From contig OY760427.1 in the NCBI GenBank assembly GCA_963663495.1, positions 2,524,040-2,588,039 of the forward strand: DNA of 64,000 nt. Direction: 5' to 3'. This DNA is from Rhodothermales bacterium (GTDB taxonomy: Bacteria > Bacteroidota > Rhodothermia > Rhodothermales > Bin80). A program made the translations under genes and the position numbers. Position 1 is the first letter of the stretch. Every line of letters begins with the position of its first letter. This document shows positions 9,731 to 20,030 of this stretch, one piece after another. Below the pieces are notes generated by a model. It saw only the letters and a program-made list of their open reading frames with translations, did not search any database and was not told where the DNA came from.

Positions 9731-10164
9731 CTCCTCTCGCTCGGTTCAGAATCGAATGCCCCGCGCACTGCCGGAGCCCTTCCCAAGATACGACATGTGT
9801 CGTGGCGCCGTACACCCTATCGGAGCAGAACAGGCCTACCCGCAGGTAGGCGTCCCGCGAGCTGGGCCTAGCCGTCTGTGCGCGCGGAGAAACTTGATCA
9901 TTACTGAGATCGGTGTCATCGACCATCTCAGGTAGTCGGACATCAACCCAAGGGCGAAACGGGGCGGTAGCACGCAGACGCTGCTCGGATCCAGGACACT
10001 CAGTGGGCCCGGATTTCCCGCAGATCTACTTGTGGAAGAGGCGGGCGAAGCGGCTCGCCGGAATTGAGGCGAAGTGCGGCTACGCCGCTCCGGTGATGGG
10101 TTCCCGAATCCGGGCTAGATTCCTATCCGAGGCAGCGCTTCCGCTTCCTGATCCCAGCCAAGGG

Positions 10165-10343
10165 CTGCCCTGTACCCATAAATCATCCATTACGGTTCGA
10201 TTGTTCGTCAGGTATGGTCAAATATCGCTGGCATGGCTGTCGGAATATCTCGGGTATTTCGGCCTAACAGGTATGGTGTGTGACTTGAGGTGAATAATGC
10301 CATCCTCTCGTGCGGATACGCCATCTCTTCCTGCGCCGCTTCC
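10165..10343 (+). repeat. 179-bp inverted repeat, partner at 13046-13224
   Basis: Manual alignment gives about 11 mismatches. Confidence 0.85.
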
Positions 10344-10503
10344 CTTGGCGCTGCATTGCCTACATCCACGAACCCTCGGCTGCAGTCTCCTGGCGATACT
10401 TCTGCCTCCAGTAATTCAACGGTCCGTACGAGATGCCGTGCTCTGCGCAAGACGCCGCTGCGGACCGGGTCCTTTCGTTATACTGCTCTACCAGCGGAAA
10501 CAT
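10208..10503 (-). pseudogene. Possible IS66 accessory tnpA remnant
   Basis: MFPLVEQYNERTRSAAASCAEHGISYGPLNYWRQKY resembles the IS66 TnpA HTH. It frameshifts into GFVDV...EMAYPH. Confidence 0.4.
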
Positions 10504-10676
10504 CTCTTCCGCCGTACGTCTGGGCTGTACCAGGCGGACGGTCCGGGGTCTGGGTTCTCACGTCTACGGGTAAGCTCTACAGAACCCGTCACCTAATCAA
10601 GATGCAAGTTCACCGCACGCTCACGCAGGTGTAGCCACTGGGGCATAGGCCCACATCAGGCAGGTTGATATGCCAT

Positions 10677-12986
10677 TTATATGAACCCAGATGAATTCCC
10701 GTGCGAACATGCACTCAATTGTTCGTCTCTTACCTCGTATCCCAATGTCATTAGGTGTAACCTCTCTAGGCCACGCCACATGATCTGGTAACCCACCGGT
10801 CCATCACGAGTGCGGTTCTGATAACCGCCGAGCACCGCTACGATCAGGATAGCAGCTCCCAAAGTACTGGGCTTCGGCAGCTTTACCCGTGCTGCATATC
10901 CATCCAAGAATCGCAGCTCCATCTCCGTGAAAAAGACATCCGCGTCCAGCTCCGGCACCTCCCGACCCAATTGCACCAAGGTCATGACGCGCCAGGATAT
11001 CACACAATACATCGTTATTGCTCGCTGCAGACGCAACGAGGTACGCAGACCCAAACGCTCTACCTTGCACCCACTCTTGAGCACGCGGAAGAAGTCTTCC
11101 ACCCGCCACCGCTTGAGATACATGGCCAACACCCGCCGTGCATCCGCTACGCTCCCTACCTCCATGCTGGTCAATAGCATCCACTCCACCGGCAGCGCAT
11201 CCCCCGGAGGCTCCACCTCCAACACATGCACCCCGTACATCACCACCGGCTCCTCCTCGTTCTTCGGATCCGGCAACAAGAACCTCCCGTAGCGTACCTC
11301 CACATTGACCATCCGGTAACTGCGACCCTTCCGTGCCTGCTTGCGCGCCTGCTTCTTGCGCGCCGTCACCCGCTGTATCTCTATCTCCACATTCCCCGGA
11401 GCCTTACCACTGCGCATTACCGCAAACAGCTTGCGATCATCCAACAGCTTGCGATCATGCTTCGCTCGTATCAATACCTCCGCCTTACCCTGTCTGCGCT
11501 GCTCGGCAAACATAGCAAAGCTGTCCGCCTCCCGGTCCGCAACACAGATCACCTGCGTCTCGCCGGACAGCTCCTCCGCCGCCTCGCATATATCCTTGAA
11601 CCCGTCTATCCACTGCTGCGTCCGCGGAGCATGCGGACCCTCCTCCGGATCCTTGAAGCTGCCACGCAACACCCCCAACGTCAATCCATCCTCCGTCACC
11701 ACCAGCGTCGCATGCAACGGCAACCCCAGCGTCTTCGCCGTCGTCTGATTACTCCCTATTACCTCCAAATCCGTACACGCCGGCCGCGTACTGTACCGCA
11801 ACTTCGTCGTGTCCCGGATGCATAACACGGTCTCCTGACTACGCATGCGCTCTATCGTACGCCCACGATGCGGCGCCAATATGTTCTCCGGCGTTACCGT
11901 TTTGTCCTTCTTGCTCTCCAATAACCGGTAATGCCCCTTCACCGCCGCGCGGTCCGCATCCGTATGCGCGGTAATGCTGTGGCCTATCACATCGGCCAAC
12001 ATGGACGTACTCTTTACCAGTCGCACAGACAACCGCCTGTCTCCCAATGGCGCTCCGCCAAACTCCGTTTCGGCCCACTGCGCACTGTCAATCCCCTCGT
12101 GCGGATCCCTCACCGGACGCAACTCCTCCTCCGGTTCCCCCAAGGTCCCGCGCCATTCTTTGTCCAACTCGTATACATACAGCCCCTTGGGATCCTCTTC
12201 CTTTGCCTCCTTGTGCCGCTTTCCGCCTGCGGTATGGCCGATCAATACAAAATTGTTCACCTCAAAACACGCTCCTTCCCCTTGGGGATCCACATACGTT
12301 TCGACAACCCAGGGACGGTAACAGTACCGTGCCTGAAAATCATCCGCCAACCGTCTCAATACCTTACCCAGTACATGGCTGGCCAAATCCTGACACTGCC
12401 CCCGTATCAGAAAACGACTCAAACACACCACACGGTGCAAATGCGCCTTGCGCTGCTCATCACTCCACGCCATCCAGTGCTCTCTGGGCGCCAGGCACAA
12501 CGCCGCCGCCGAAAATCCCACCGCTCCCAGGTAACCATGGGCACTGCCTATCAGATAGCGTACCTGCGCTCCCACAAATGTGGTCGTACGCCTCGGATGC
12601 TCAAAGTGCAGCAACGTGTTCCACACCATACGCTGCTCGTCCGTCTCAACCAACTCAATCGTCAACCCCCGGACACCGTGTACCGTGCCCGGTAACGCTA
12701 TCGGATCCGGTACCCGCTCCTCGCGCCTACGCGGTTCCGCCTTAGCCGCATTACAATTCTCGGGCTTGGGCAACACAATCCTCCCCCGGGCCTCCAACTT
12801 CGATAAAGCCTGCGCACAGTTGCTCACCTGCGGTTCGCCCCGTGCATCAACAAACCCGAACTCTTCACAGACAGCGCGCGCTATCTGCGTGCGAAACCGC
12901 CAACGATCGTCGGCAAGAACCCTGTCCAAACGCTCTCCATTGCAGGGAGCGGTGAGCGTTCGTAAGACCTGACCTCGTTGAAACAT
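10677..12986 (-). CDS. IS4 (Tn5-like) transposase with N-terminal DUF4338 (DruA-like) domain, intact
   Basis: 769 aa. YLIGSAHGYLGAVGFSAAA (DUF4338), WAETEFGGAPLGDRRL (Tn5-N), DDE residues in IRDTT, ADREAD and RWRVEDFFRVLKSGC. Left end CTACCAC at 13036. Confidence 0.9.
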   Translation of the reverse strand: MFQRGQVLRTLTAPCNGERLDRVLADDRWRFRTQIARAVCEEFGFVDARGEPQVSNCAQALSKLEARGRIVLPKPENCNAAKAEPRRREERVPDPIALPGTVHGVRGLTIELVETDEQRMVWNTLLHFEHPRRTTTFVGAQVRYLIGSAHGYLGAVGFSAAALCLAPREHWMAWSDEQRKAHLHRVVCLSRFLIRGQCQDLASHVLGKVLRRLADDFQARYCYRPWVVETYVDPQGEGACFEVNNFVLIGHTAGGKRHKEAKEEDPKGLYVYELDKEWRGTLGEPEEELRPVRDPHEGIDSAQWAETEFGGAPLGDRRLSVRLVKSTSMLADVIGHSITAHTDADRAAVKGHYRLLESKKDKTVTPENILAPHRGRTIERMRSQETVLCIRDTTKLRYSTRPACTDLEVIGSNQTTAKTLGLPLHATLVVTEDGLTLGVLRGSFKDPEEGPHAPRTQQWIDGFKDICEAAEELSGETQVICVADREADSFAMFAEQRRQGKAEVLIRAKHDRKLLDDRKLFAVMRSGKAPGNVEIEIQRVTARKKQARKQARKGRSYRMVNVEVRYGRFLLPDPKNEEEPVVMYGVHVLEVEPPGDALPVEWMLLTSMEVGSVADARRVLAMYLKRWRVEDFFRVLKSGCKVERLGLRTSLRLQRAITMYCVISWRVMTLVQLGREVPELDADVFFTEMELRFLDGYAARVKLPKPSTLGAAILIVAVLGGYQNRTRDGPVGYQIMWRGLERLHLMTLGYEVRDEQLSACSHGNSSGFI

Positions 12987-13045
12987 GCCGCAACATAAAA
13001 AACAAGTAGCGAAAGGTCAAGCACCTGAAGTGGTAGAATGGCAGT

Positions 13046-13224
13046 GGAAGCGGCGCAGGAAGAGATCGCGTATCCGCACGAGAGGACGGCATTATTCACC
13101 TCAAGTCACACACCATACCTGTCAGGTCGAAATACCCGAGATATTCCGACAGCCATGCCAGCGAGAGTTGACCAGAACTGACGAACAATCGAACCGTAAT
13201 GGATGATTTATGGGGGAAGGGCAG
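13046..13224 (-). repeat. Second copy of the 179-bp inverted repeat
   Basis: Reverse complement matches 10165-10343. Confidence 0.85.
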
Positions 13225-13722
13225 CGCCAAGCCTCCCGGAGACTCCAGAGACTCTGGAGCACGGACGATGTTTTCCTCCTCGGAAGGTGCTTCTGCCAAC
13301 TGCTCCCTAGTGCCGTCTGGAGCCGCATTATCCGACGGAAGCATAACATCCTCTTCCAGACTAGACGTCAACTGCTGCACACACTCGGTGAGGTGCCGCA
13401 ACAAGTCAAATTGCAGCTGCCGACCGGACGCGCCGGCATGACGCAGCCCCTGAATGAGCTGCGATAAATCATCTGATAAACTCATAAGTGATCATGGATC
13501 CGTATGGTGAAAGGGCTTAGGAAACCCAAGCCAACACCGAACCAATAATCACTTTTTCAGCCAACAAGGAATGGCACGCCGCCCGTTGTCGGTAGAACAA
13601 ATGTCCTTTGGGCATGTGTTCATACGTTGTGCCGAATTGGGATTGTCAGTAGGAGCGCATGTGTGAACATATAAGTTCCCCCTTGATGTAGACTTCCACA
13701 GTCCGGGGACTAATGCAAACAT

Positions 13723-14795
13723 CTACGCCTTAGCGTGCATACTGGTGGGGCACGGAGTAGTAGTTCTGTTCCACTTCAATGTGGGTATCCATGTTGAGGC
13801 GGGCCTTCTTCCATCGCCGGTAGACGTAGGGTTGCGCGGGCAACGGGCGCATCGCGGGCAGGTCCATTCCTCAAACTGACTGCACCGGCTTTGCGAGCGC
13901 TTCTGGAAGGGCGCATCATTGAGCTTCTCCAGCAACGGTGCTATGGAGGCATTCAGCTCCGCTATGCTGAAGTGCTTCAGATCACGCAGGGGCGCCAGAA
14001 TACGTCGCTCTACTGTCAATACAGCAAGCTCTGCAATAGGCTTGTCTCGCGGTTTTCTGGAGCGTGCAGGGAAGATTCCTATCCCGTAATGCTCGGCAAG
14101 CTCCTGATAGGACGGGTTAATGTCTGGATCATACCGATGTGCCTTGGTAACAGCCGCCTTCAGGTTGTCACATACCACCGCCTCGGGTAGCGCCCGGAAG
14201 AAATCAAACATCTGCGCATGCGCGTACAGCCAGCTGGCCTCTGGTCTGCCGTGGCTTCCGCATACGTGTAACGGGAACAGCCCGCACCTACAAAAACCTG
14301 GGCATTGAATTCGTGACCGGTATGCTTGCAATAATAGGGCATGGTTTGGCCGGCATAGTCCACAAATACCTTCTCGCCCGCCTTATGCTCAAAGCGCATC
14401 ACTACATCCTTTCTGCCGATGTATTGACGGTATTAATGGCAGAACCGGCTATAGCTGTACCCACCGGGATTCGCTTCCCGGTACTCTTCGTGCAACAGCC
14501 GCAAGGTGACTCCTTTACGGGCCAACTGCCGCTTTATCTCTTCCCAATCCAGATCCCGTTGACGCACCACAGGACCATCAGGCGCAGGAAATAACCGCGC
14601 CACAAGGTCCGCATCCAACACGCCGTCCGGCAGCGGCCAACTCAGTCCGACTACCTTCGCACGGCGCAAATACTTGCCCACCGTGTGGTCAGAAATACGC
14701 AGGCTACGCGCTATACTGCGGTTGCTACACTGAAGCTCATGATGGAGCCGTAGTATGTCTCACATTTTTCGCATGGAGATTTGTTCTCGGGGCAT
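13723..14795 (-). pseudogene. istA: IS21-family transposase IstA, stops and frameshifts
   Basis: RSIARSLRISDHTVGKYL, HKAGEKVFVDYAG, PEAVVCDNLKAAV and PARSRKPRDK are spread over several frames. Confidence 0.85.
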
Positions 14796-14939
14796 AGTGC
14801 TCTTTTATGGTGAAAAAGAGCAGCTGGAATCCCACCGTGACGTAAAGCTTCAGCACCAACCATACGACCCTGTGTCCGTCGAAATCTATCCGAACAGGAT
14901 ACTGGACCTTCTCGGAAAACGCAACAGAATTCGCCCAAT

Positions 14940-14994
14940 TAAGGGTGCGCACTTTCACGGGAATCGGTGCGCACTTTCCGTAGGAATATTCACA
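14940..14994 (-). repeat. IS21 left end with reiterated transposase-binding repeats
   Basis: GTGCGCACTTTC occurs twice (14945 and 14967). The minus strand begins TGTGAATATTCC. Confidence 0.65.
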
Positions 14995-15049
14995 TTGGAG
15001 GATAAGCAACGATCATTTCAAGATGCGTCACCTTGAGGTAGATCACATA

Positions 15050-16010
15050 ACTGACCAACAATCAAGCCATCATTAAGCGGCGATATGCGAATCGTCGCCA
15101 GGCATAGCCATCCCCCTCAATTCAAGTCCGCCAAGCATGATGGGTACCCACGACCCGGGCGATATCCCCGACGGTGAACTCGCGGTGCGTCCGATCCATC
15201 GTCTGGCCAAGCCTACCCTCGTTGATTAAATACATTTCTCCGCGCCGCTGTCACCAGCGCGCCAGTCAGCGCGGGCAGGCCGGGATCTGCGTTGAGCATG
15301 CTTTCAGTAGAAAAGCTGGCCGGCAAAGTAACCACGCACTCAACCATTTCGGCTTCAATCAGTCCCGTCGGTTCCCGCCCAGGCCCTACAGTAGCAACGA
15401 CATTGGCTCGTTGGCCAGCACGAACCCAGCAACACCCGTGAGCGCGAGATGGTGAACCAAAGTCTGCACCCAAACGAAGGTCGCGTTGCCCTTAAACAGA
15501 CCGTCGTAGCACCAATTCTTGTCTTCGGCCAGCCGCCCTCCGGGTACGAGACGTTGATCGCAGGAATAGCAAGGATGAAGTCGGCCTTTAAGTCCAGATG
15601 GTGGTTATCGTAGAGGCTGTCCTCGCGGGCGAGCCCCCCTTCGGTTCCCCGTATCGCACAGTTCATCTTCGTGAGCCGCCACATCGTGCTATTCGACTCC
15701 TGCCCGCAATTCAACGTGCCGCCCTACGCCTTGCCGCTGTTGGCGTGGGCGGATGAACTTGGCCTGCTGCGCAACCATACTTATGACCCACAGCAGGCGG
15801 TTGTAGATCCGCCCCCGGAAGGGCTCTAACACCCCGATGAGCAGTCTTACAACGCAGCGGGGGTTGTAGTACGCACAGCCTCTCTTCCAGTCAGCGCTTG
15901 CGCAATGCGATACGAAGTACTCGAAGAGGGGCCAAAACGCATCCTTGGAGCGGCCCTGGCGTCCCCCACGCGGACATTACCGATCAGATCCATCAACTGG
16001 CCCAAGCCCA
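15050..16010 (-). pseudogene. hsdM: Degenerate type I R-M HsdM (central part)
   Basis: Fragments [49 protein letters not shown] and [13 protein letters not shown] (NPPF motif decayed), with many stops and frameshifts. Confidence 0.75.
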
Positions 16011-16091
16011 ACAATACCATAAGGCTCTCCGATCAGCGACGACTTTCAGTAGTTCCCCGCATCTACGGAAAACGAATATTCTGTTTAATCC

Positions 16092-17312
16092 TCAATCCGT
16101 CCCTTCAACCTGATCCCTGAACAAGAAGGCAAAAGCAATCGTGAATACGGCCGTACCGATGGCGAAAAGCATCCAGAATGTTCGCCATCCCGGAAGGTCA
16201 AGCGTCCCGTTGTCCCCGAAATAATTGACAAATGCCCCAGAAACCTGCGTACCCAGAAAAAAGCCTACCCCCTGCGTAAGCAATACGAGAAGACCCTGAA
16301 CCTGGCCCCGAATCTCCTTCGTCGTCTTTTTATCAATGTAAATCTGTCCGGTAACAAAGAAGAAGTCGTAGCATATCCCGTGAATAAGGATGCCAATCAT
16401 GATGACCCAGAAAGTCCCGGTCATCGCCGCCGCAGAGAAAAGCGTGAAACGTGCAACCCACGCCAGCATACCCAACAGCAGCATCCACTTTACCCCCAGC
16501 CTGGCAAAGAAAAACGGGATCATCAGCATGAAGATGATTTCAGATAACTGTCCAAAGGACATCTCAAAGCTGGGATTTGCGAAATGAGATAAGCTCAGCT
16601 GCCCGTGCAAATCTTGGAAATAGATGGGCGCGTACGGAAAGTATGTCCCAAACGCGATGAAGATGAGCATCGCCGCGACCAGAAAGACCACGAAGGACGG
16701 ACTCTTCAGCTGCTTGAAGGCATCAATACCCGCAATCTGTTTCCATGAGGTCCTCATGCCCGCCGATGGTGGTGGTGTATTCGGGAGCGTGAAGCTGTAC
16801 AGGCCCAAGAACAAAGCGGCGCCACCACCAATGTACAGCGGAATACTTGATGCATCCTGTTGCAGCACGTATCCAATGAAAAGACCAATGGCTGCCCAGC
16901 CAAGCGTTCCGAATACCCGAACCACAGGAAATTCCTTTTCCTGGTTGGTCATGTGGTGAAATGCTAACGATGCAGTCAGCCCAAGTGTCGGGAAATAGCA
17001 CAAGGCATGCAATCCAAGAAGCGGCAGAAATAGGCTTGTACCTGCAAACTGGGGCATAGCAAGCATGGCTACCCCGGCAATCAGGCACAACACGCCCAGA
17101 ACCTTCTCGGAATCGAAAAAGCGATCAGCAACCATGCCTAGGAAAAACGGCGCAATCGTCGCGCATATGGGTCCCAATGCATACGCAATGCTAATGGCCC
17201 CTCCCATGTCCATGGTCTGCATGTAGTTGCCCAGCGTCGGAGCCCATGCCCCCCAGATGAGGTACTGAACAAACATCATCAGACTCAGTCGAGCCGTTAG
17301 TAATACGTTCAT
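16092..17312 (-). CDS. MFS nucleoside:H+ symporter (NupG/YegT family)
   Basis: 406 aa, about 12 TM. RLSLMMFVQYLIWGAW, FPVVRVFGTLGW, GQLSEIIFML, IHGICYDFFFVTGQIY. Confidence 0.9.
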   Translation of the reverse strand: MNVLLTARLSLMMFVQYLIWGAWAPTLGNYMQTMDMGGAISIAYALGPICATIAPFFLGMVADRFFDSEKVLGVLCLIAGVAMLAMPQFAGTSLFLPLLGLHALCYFPTLGLTASLAFHHMTNQEKEFPVVRVFGTLGWAAIGLFIGYVLQQDASSIPLYIGGGAALFLGLYSFTLPNTPPPSAGMRTSWKQIAGIDAFKQLKSPSFVVFLVAAMLIFIAFGTYFPYAPIYFQDLHGQLSLSHFANPSFEMSFGQLSEIIFMLMIPFFFARLGVKWMLLLGMLAWVARFTLFSAAAMTGTFWVIMIGILIHGICYDFFFVTGQIYIDKKTTKEIRGQVQGLLVLLTQGVGFFLGTQVSGAFVNYFGDNGTLDLPGWRTFWMLFAIGTAVFTIAFAFLFRDQVEGTD

Positions 17313-17367
17313 GAACGTTCCGAATGTTTAATCACATGAGGTATGCGCATTGTTGTACATCACACGG

Positions 17368-19347
17368 TCAGCCAGCCAAAGCGGCTATGGCGAGGGCCGC
17401 AGCCAGTACACGCGCGTTCCCAAAGTCCTGGATGGATGCAACCAGTGCCATCAGCGCCGCATTGCGGCTGTCATCCTCCATTGCTTCCGCATCCGTCAGG
17501 CCTTGGCGCAACTCAGATATTGCATCTGCCCCAAGTGCGCCGGCACGCTCAACCTGGTCTAACCGGGCGTGAGCAAGCACAAACGTGTTCGGCCAACGAT
17601 AGGTCGGCTGACCCTGTGCATTGAGGTACGCCAGCTCAACGGTGTTAGCAGCTGCAATTTCATTCTCTGTCAGGTACTCGCTCGCGGTCAGCGCAAAAAT
17701 GTCCAACCCCCGTGCGATCTCACTGCTGACAATCAGGCCGTTATACCAGTAAACGGACCAACTGCCCCCCATCTCCATGCGCTCGTCCGTCACCGGACCA
17801 CGGTCGTGATACGCGATTTCTATAGGATTTGCGATATCAGTCCAATCCATGAGAGAAATGCCCCCCTGATACCATGACTGCACAAACAGGTCGCGCCCCG
17901 GTACAGGGATCAGCGATCCATTGTGTGCTACACAGTTCTCCTGCGGCGTCTGGGGAGCAGGCAGCTTGTAGTAACTCTGGAACTCCATCTTACCGTCATT
18001 CAGCATAAAGAGCGCATTCGCACCCCACTCCGGCGGGTCTGATGCGCGGCATTTGGGGGCACCACCTCCCCCCCACTCGTCCGTGAACAGAATCTTGGAG
18101 CCATCATTATTAAAGGTGGCACTGTGCCAATAGGCAAAGTTGGAATCCGCTACGGCATCAAGCCTGAACGGATTGACCGGATCTGTGATGTCAAGAAGGA
18201 GCCCATAGCCCTCACACGCTCCCCCAGCAAGTCCGATCTCGGGGTAGAGTGTAATGTCATGGCACTGCGTAGGCCCCGGGTCCGGGGCGTCACTCTCTTC
18301 CTCATTTTCCTCCGCATTCCCCCCCATCATTTCAGCAAAGATTGATGGCAGGGCCTCTCTAAACGCCACGGAATCAGCTGCTGTCGCCGGCCCTTCCTTC
18401 CCTTGAGATTCCAGAAAACTCTCTATCAGACCGGCAACATAACGGTCTGGTAACACCGCTTGCCGGCCGGAGTACTCCACAACAAAGGCACCCGCTGCCC
18501 GCGCCTCTTCAATAGCTTTCACGTCATCGGGCGCCATGCCATGCCTGGGAGGCGCCACAAGCCCCTCAAAAATCCTCGGCGAATTGACGATCGCTGCCAG
18601 CGAAGGATCTGCCAGCGGCACCTGAATCACCTCAATCCGGAATAGCGCAGAATTAGGATCCTCGTCTGGCATCATGCCGGAGCACCCGGGTAGCTCCTCC
18701 GCCGGTCGGACCGGTGCAGAACCGGATACGTAAATGTACACATTCTCGTTGTCGTCCGGGTTCTTGAGCACACTGTGCGTATGAGAACCCCGGCATGTCT
18801 GCACGTTTGCAATATAGTTCGGATTCTGGATGTCGCTGATGTCAAAAATACGAATACCACGCAATCGGTCTGCGCTGACAGCCTCCTGCACGCCCTCGGT
18901 TCCGCAGTCCAGCCTGCCTCCCCGACCTTCACCGGACACAAACAGCAGATTCTCATAGACCGAAACATCACTCTGAGACGCCGGGCACAGATAGTCCTTA
19001 ACTAGCACAGGGACGGCCGGATCTGAAATATCCCAGATCAGCACACCGTTATAATTGCCCTGGATCGCATAGTCCCCCATAAAGGCCAAATCAGAATTGG
19101 TAACGCCAACAAACTGCTCCGGCGGCTGCGTTGTAGAGATATGGCCCAGGTTCCATATTGCTTCACCCGCGTCAAAGAGACCAGGGGCAAGCCCGACACG
19201 AGCATCCGACATCGCAGGCGCCATGTCACCAGCCTCAACAGCGGGATCATCCGTCTGCTGCGCAGTGGCAGTGATGGTAACGAGCATGATGGAGGCAAAC
19301 ACCCCCAGTACCTTGAAATCACTCATATCGTTTAATGTTAATTGCAT
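17368..19347 (-). CDS. Secreted LVIVD-repeat protein
   Basis: Signal peptide, NSDLAF, QSDVSVY, CRGSHTH, CHDIT, AYWHSATFNNDG, ENCVAHNG. Confidence 0.8.
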   Translation of the reverse strand: MQLTLNDMSDFKVLGVFASIMLVTITATAQQTDDPAVEAGDMAPAMSDARVGLAPGLFDAGEAIWNLGHISTTQPPEQFVGVTNSDLAFMGDYAIQGNYNGVLIWDISDPAVPVLVKDYLCPASQSDVSVYENLLFVSGEGRGGRLDCGTEGVQEAVSADRLRGIRIFDISDIQNPNYIANVQTCRGSHTHSVLKNPDDNENVYIYVSGSAPVRPAEELPGCSGMMPDEDPNSALFRIEVIQVPLADPSLAAIVNSPRIFEGLVAPPRHGMAPDDVKAIEEARAAGAFVVEYSGRQAVLPDRYVAGLIESFLESQGKEGPATAADSVAFREALPSIFAEMMGGNAEENEEESDAPDPGPTQCHDITLYPEIGLAGGACEGYGLLLDITDPVNPFRLDAVADSNFAYWHSATFNNDGSKILFTDEWGGGGAPKCRASDPPEWGANALFMLNDGKMEFQSYYKLPAPQTPQENCVAHNGSLIPVPGRDLFVQSWYQGGISLMDWTDIANPIEIAYHDRGPVTDERMEMGGSWSVYWYNGLIVSSEIARGLDIFALTASEYLTENEIAAANTVELAYLNAQGQPTYRWPNTFVLAHARLDQVERAGALGADAISELRQGLTDAEAMEDDSRNAALMALVASIQDFGNARVLAAALAIAALAG

Positions 19348-19358
19348 GGTGCGATCGC

Positions 19359-19970
19359 CTAATCCTCCAGCATTGTCTCCATCCTAGCGATCTCGGTAAT
19401 CTGATCCACGTGTATGGCCGACGCCAGCCTGAACGCTTCCTCGTCCCGTCCTACGCCATCCTGGTCAAAGAGGTCACGCACCATCACCACAGCCCCGTGA
19501 TGGTGCGTGATCATATAGGTCAGAAACAGACGATCAAACTCTGCTCCGTGCGCGTTTCGCAGTTCATCCAACTGCTCCTCAGGCAGCATTCCCGGCATCA
19601 TATGATGATGCGCATGACCAGGCATGTGCCCCCCGGCATGAACCTCCGGGACAGGTTGGTCGCGGTCTCGTAGCCATGTCTGCATGAGCTGAATTTCATC
19701 CTTTTGCGCATTGATGATTCGCGCAGCAAGAACAGATACAGCAGGCCCCGCACCGTTGTTCGGCGCTAGTGCAGACATCACCAAAGCCTGCGCATGGTGC
19801 GCAATCATCCCCGTCATGAAGTCTACCTCCGCCTGCACAAAATGGGACCTGGACTCAGCAATTCGCTGCCAGTACAAAGCCTCCAGGCTATCCTGATCCT
19901 GCGCCCAAAGCGGCTGCGTCAATGCAAACATCAATGCAAAACTTGGCAAGAATCGAATCACAGCTGACAT
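19359..19970 (-). CDS. DUF305 domain protein
   Basis: FMTGMIAHHAQALVMS, FLTYMITHHHGAVVM, QITEIARM. Typical partner of LVIVD genes. Confidence 0.85.
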   Translation of the reverse strand: MSAVIRFLPSFALMFALTQPLWAQDQDSLEALYWQRIAESRSHFVQAEVDFMTGMIAHHAQALVMSALAPNNGAGPAVSVLAARIINAQKDEIQLMQTWLRDRDQPVPEVHAGGHMPGHAHHHMMPGMLPEEQLDELRNAHGAEFDRLFLTYMITHHHGAVVMVRDLFDQDGVGRDEEAFRLASAIHVDQITEIARMETMLED

Positions 19971-20030
19971 TTGCTACGTGGCGCACGGGCAAACCTACAA
20001 TATAGCCCGTCGCATACTTGAACCGCAAGG

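Noticed and set aside
11425-11458. 16-bp direct repeat AACAGCTTGCGATCAT
   Set aside because: A small in-frame duplication (DRKLL/DRKLF) inside the transposase, with no independent structure.
13225-13485. Hypothetical gene MSLSDDLSQL...
   Set aside because: It may be a truncated real gene, but it has no recognisable motif and runs into the 179-bp repeat.
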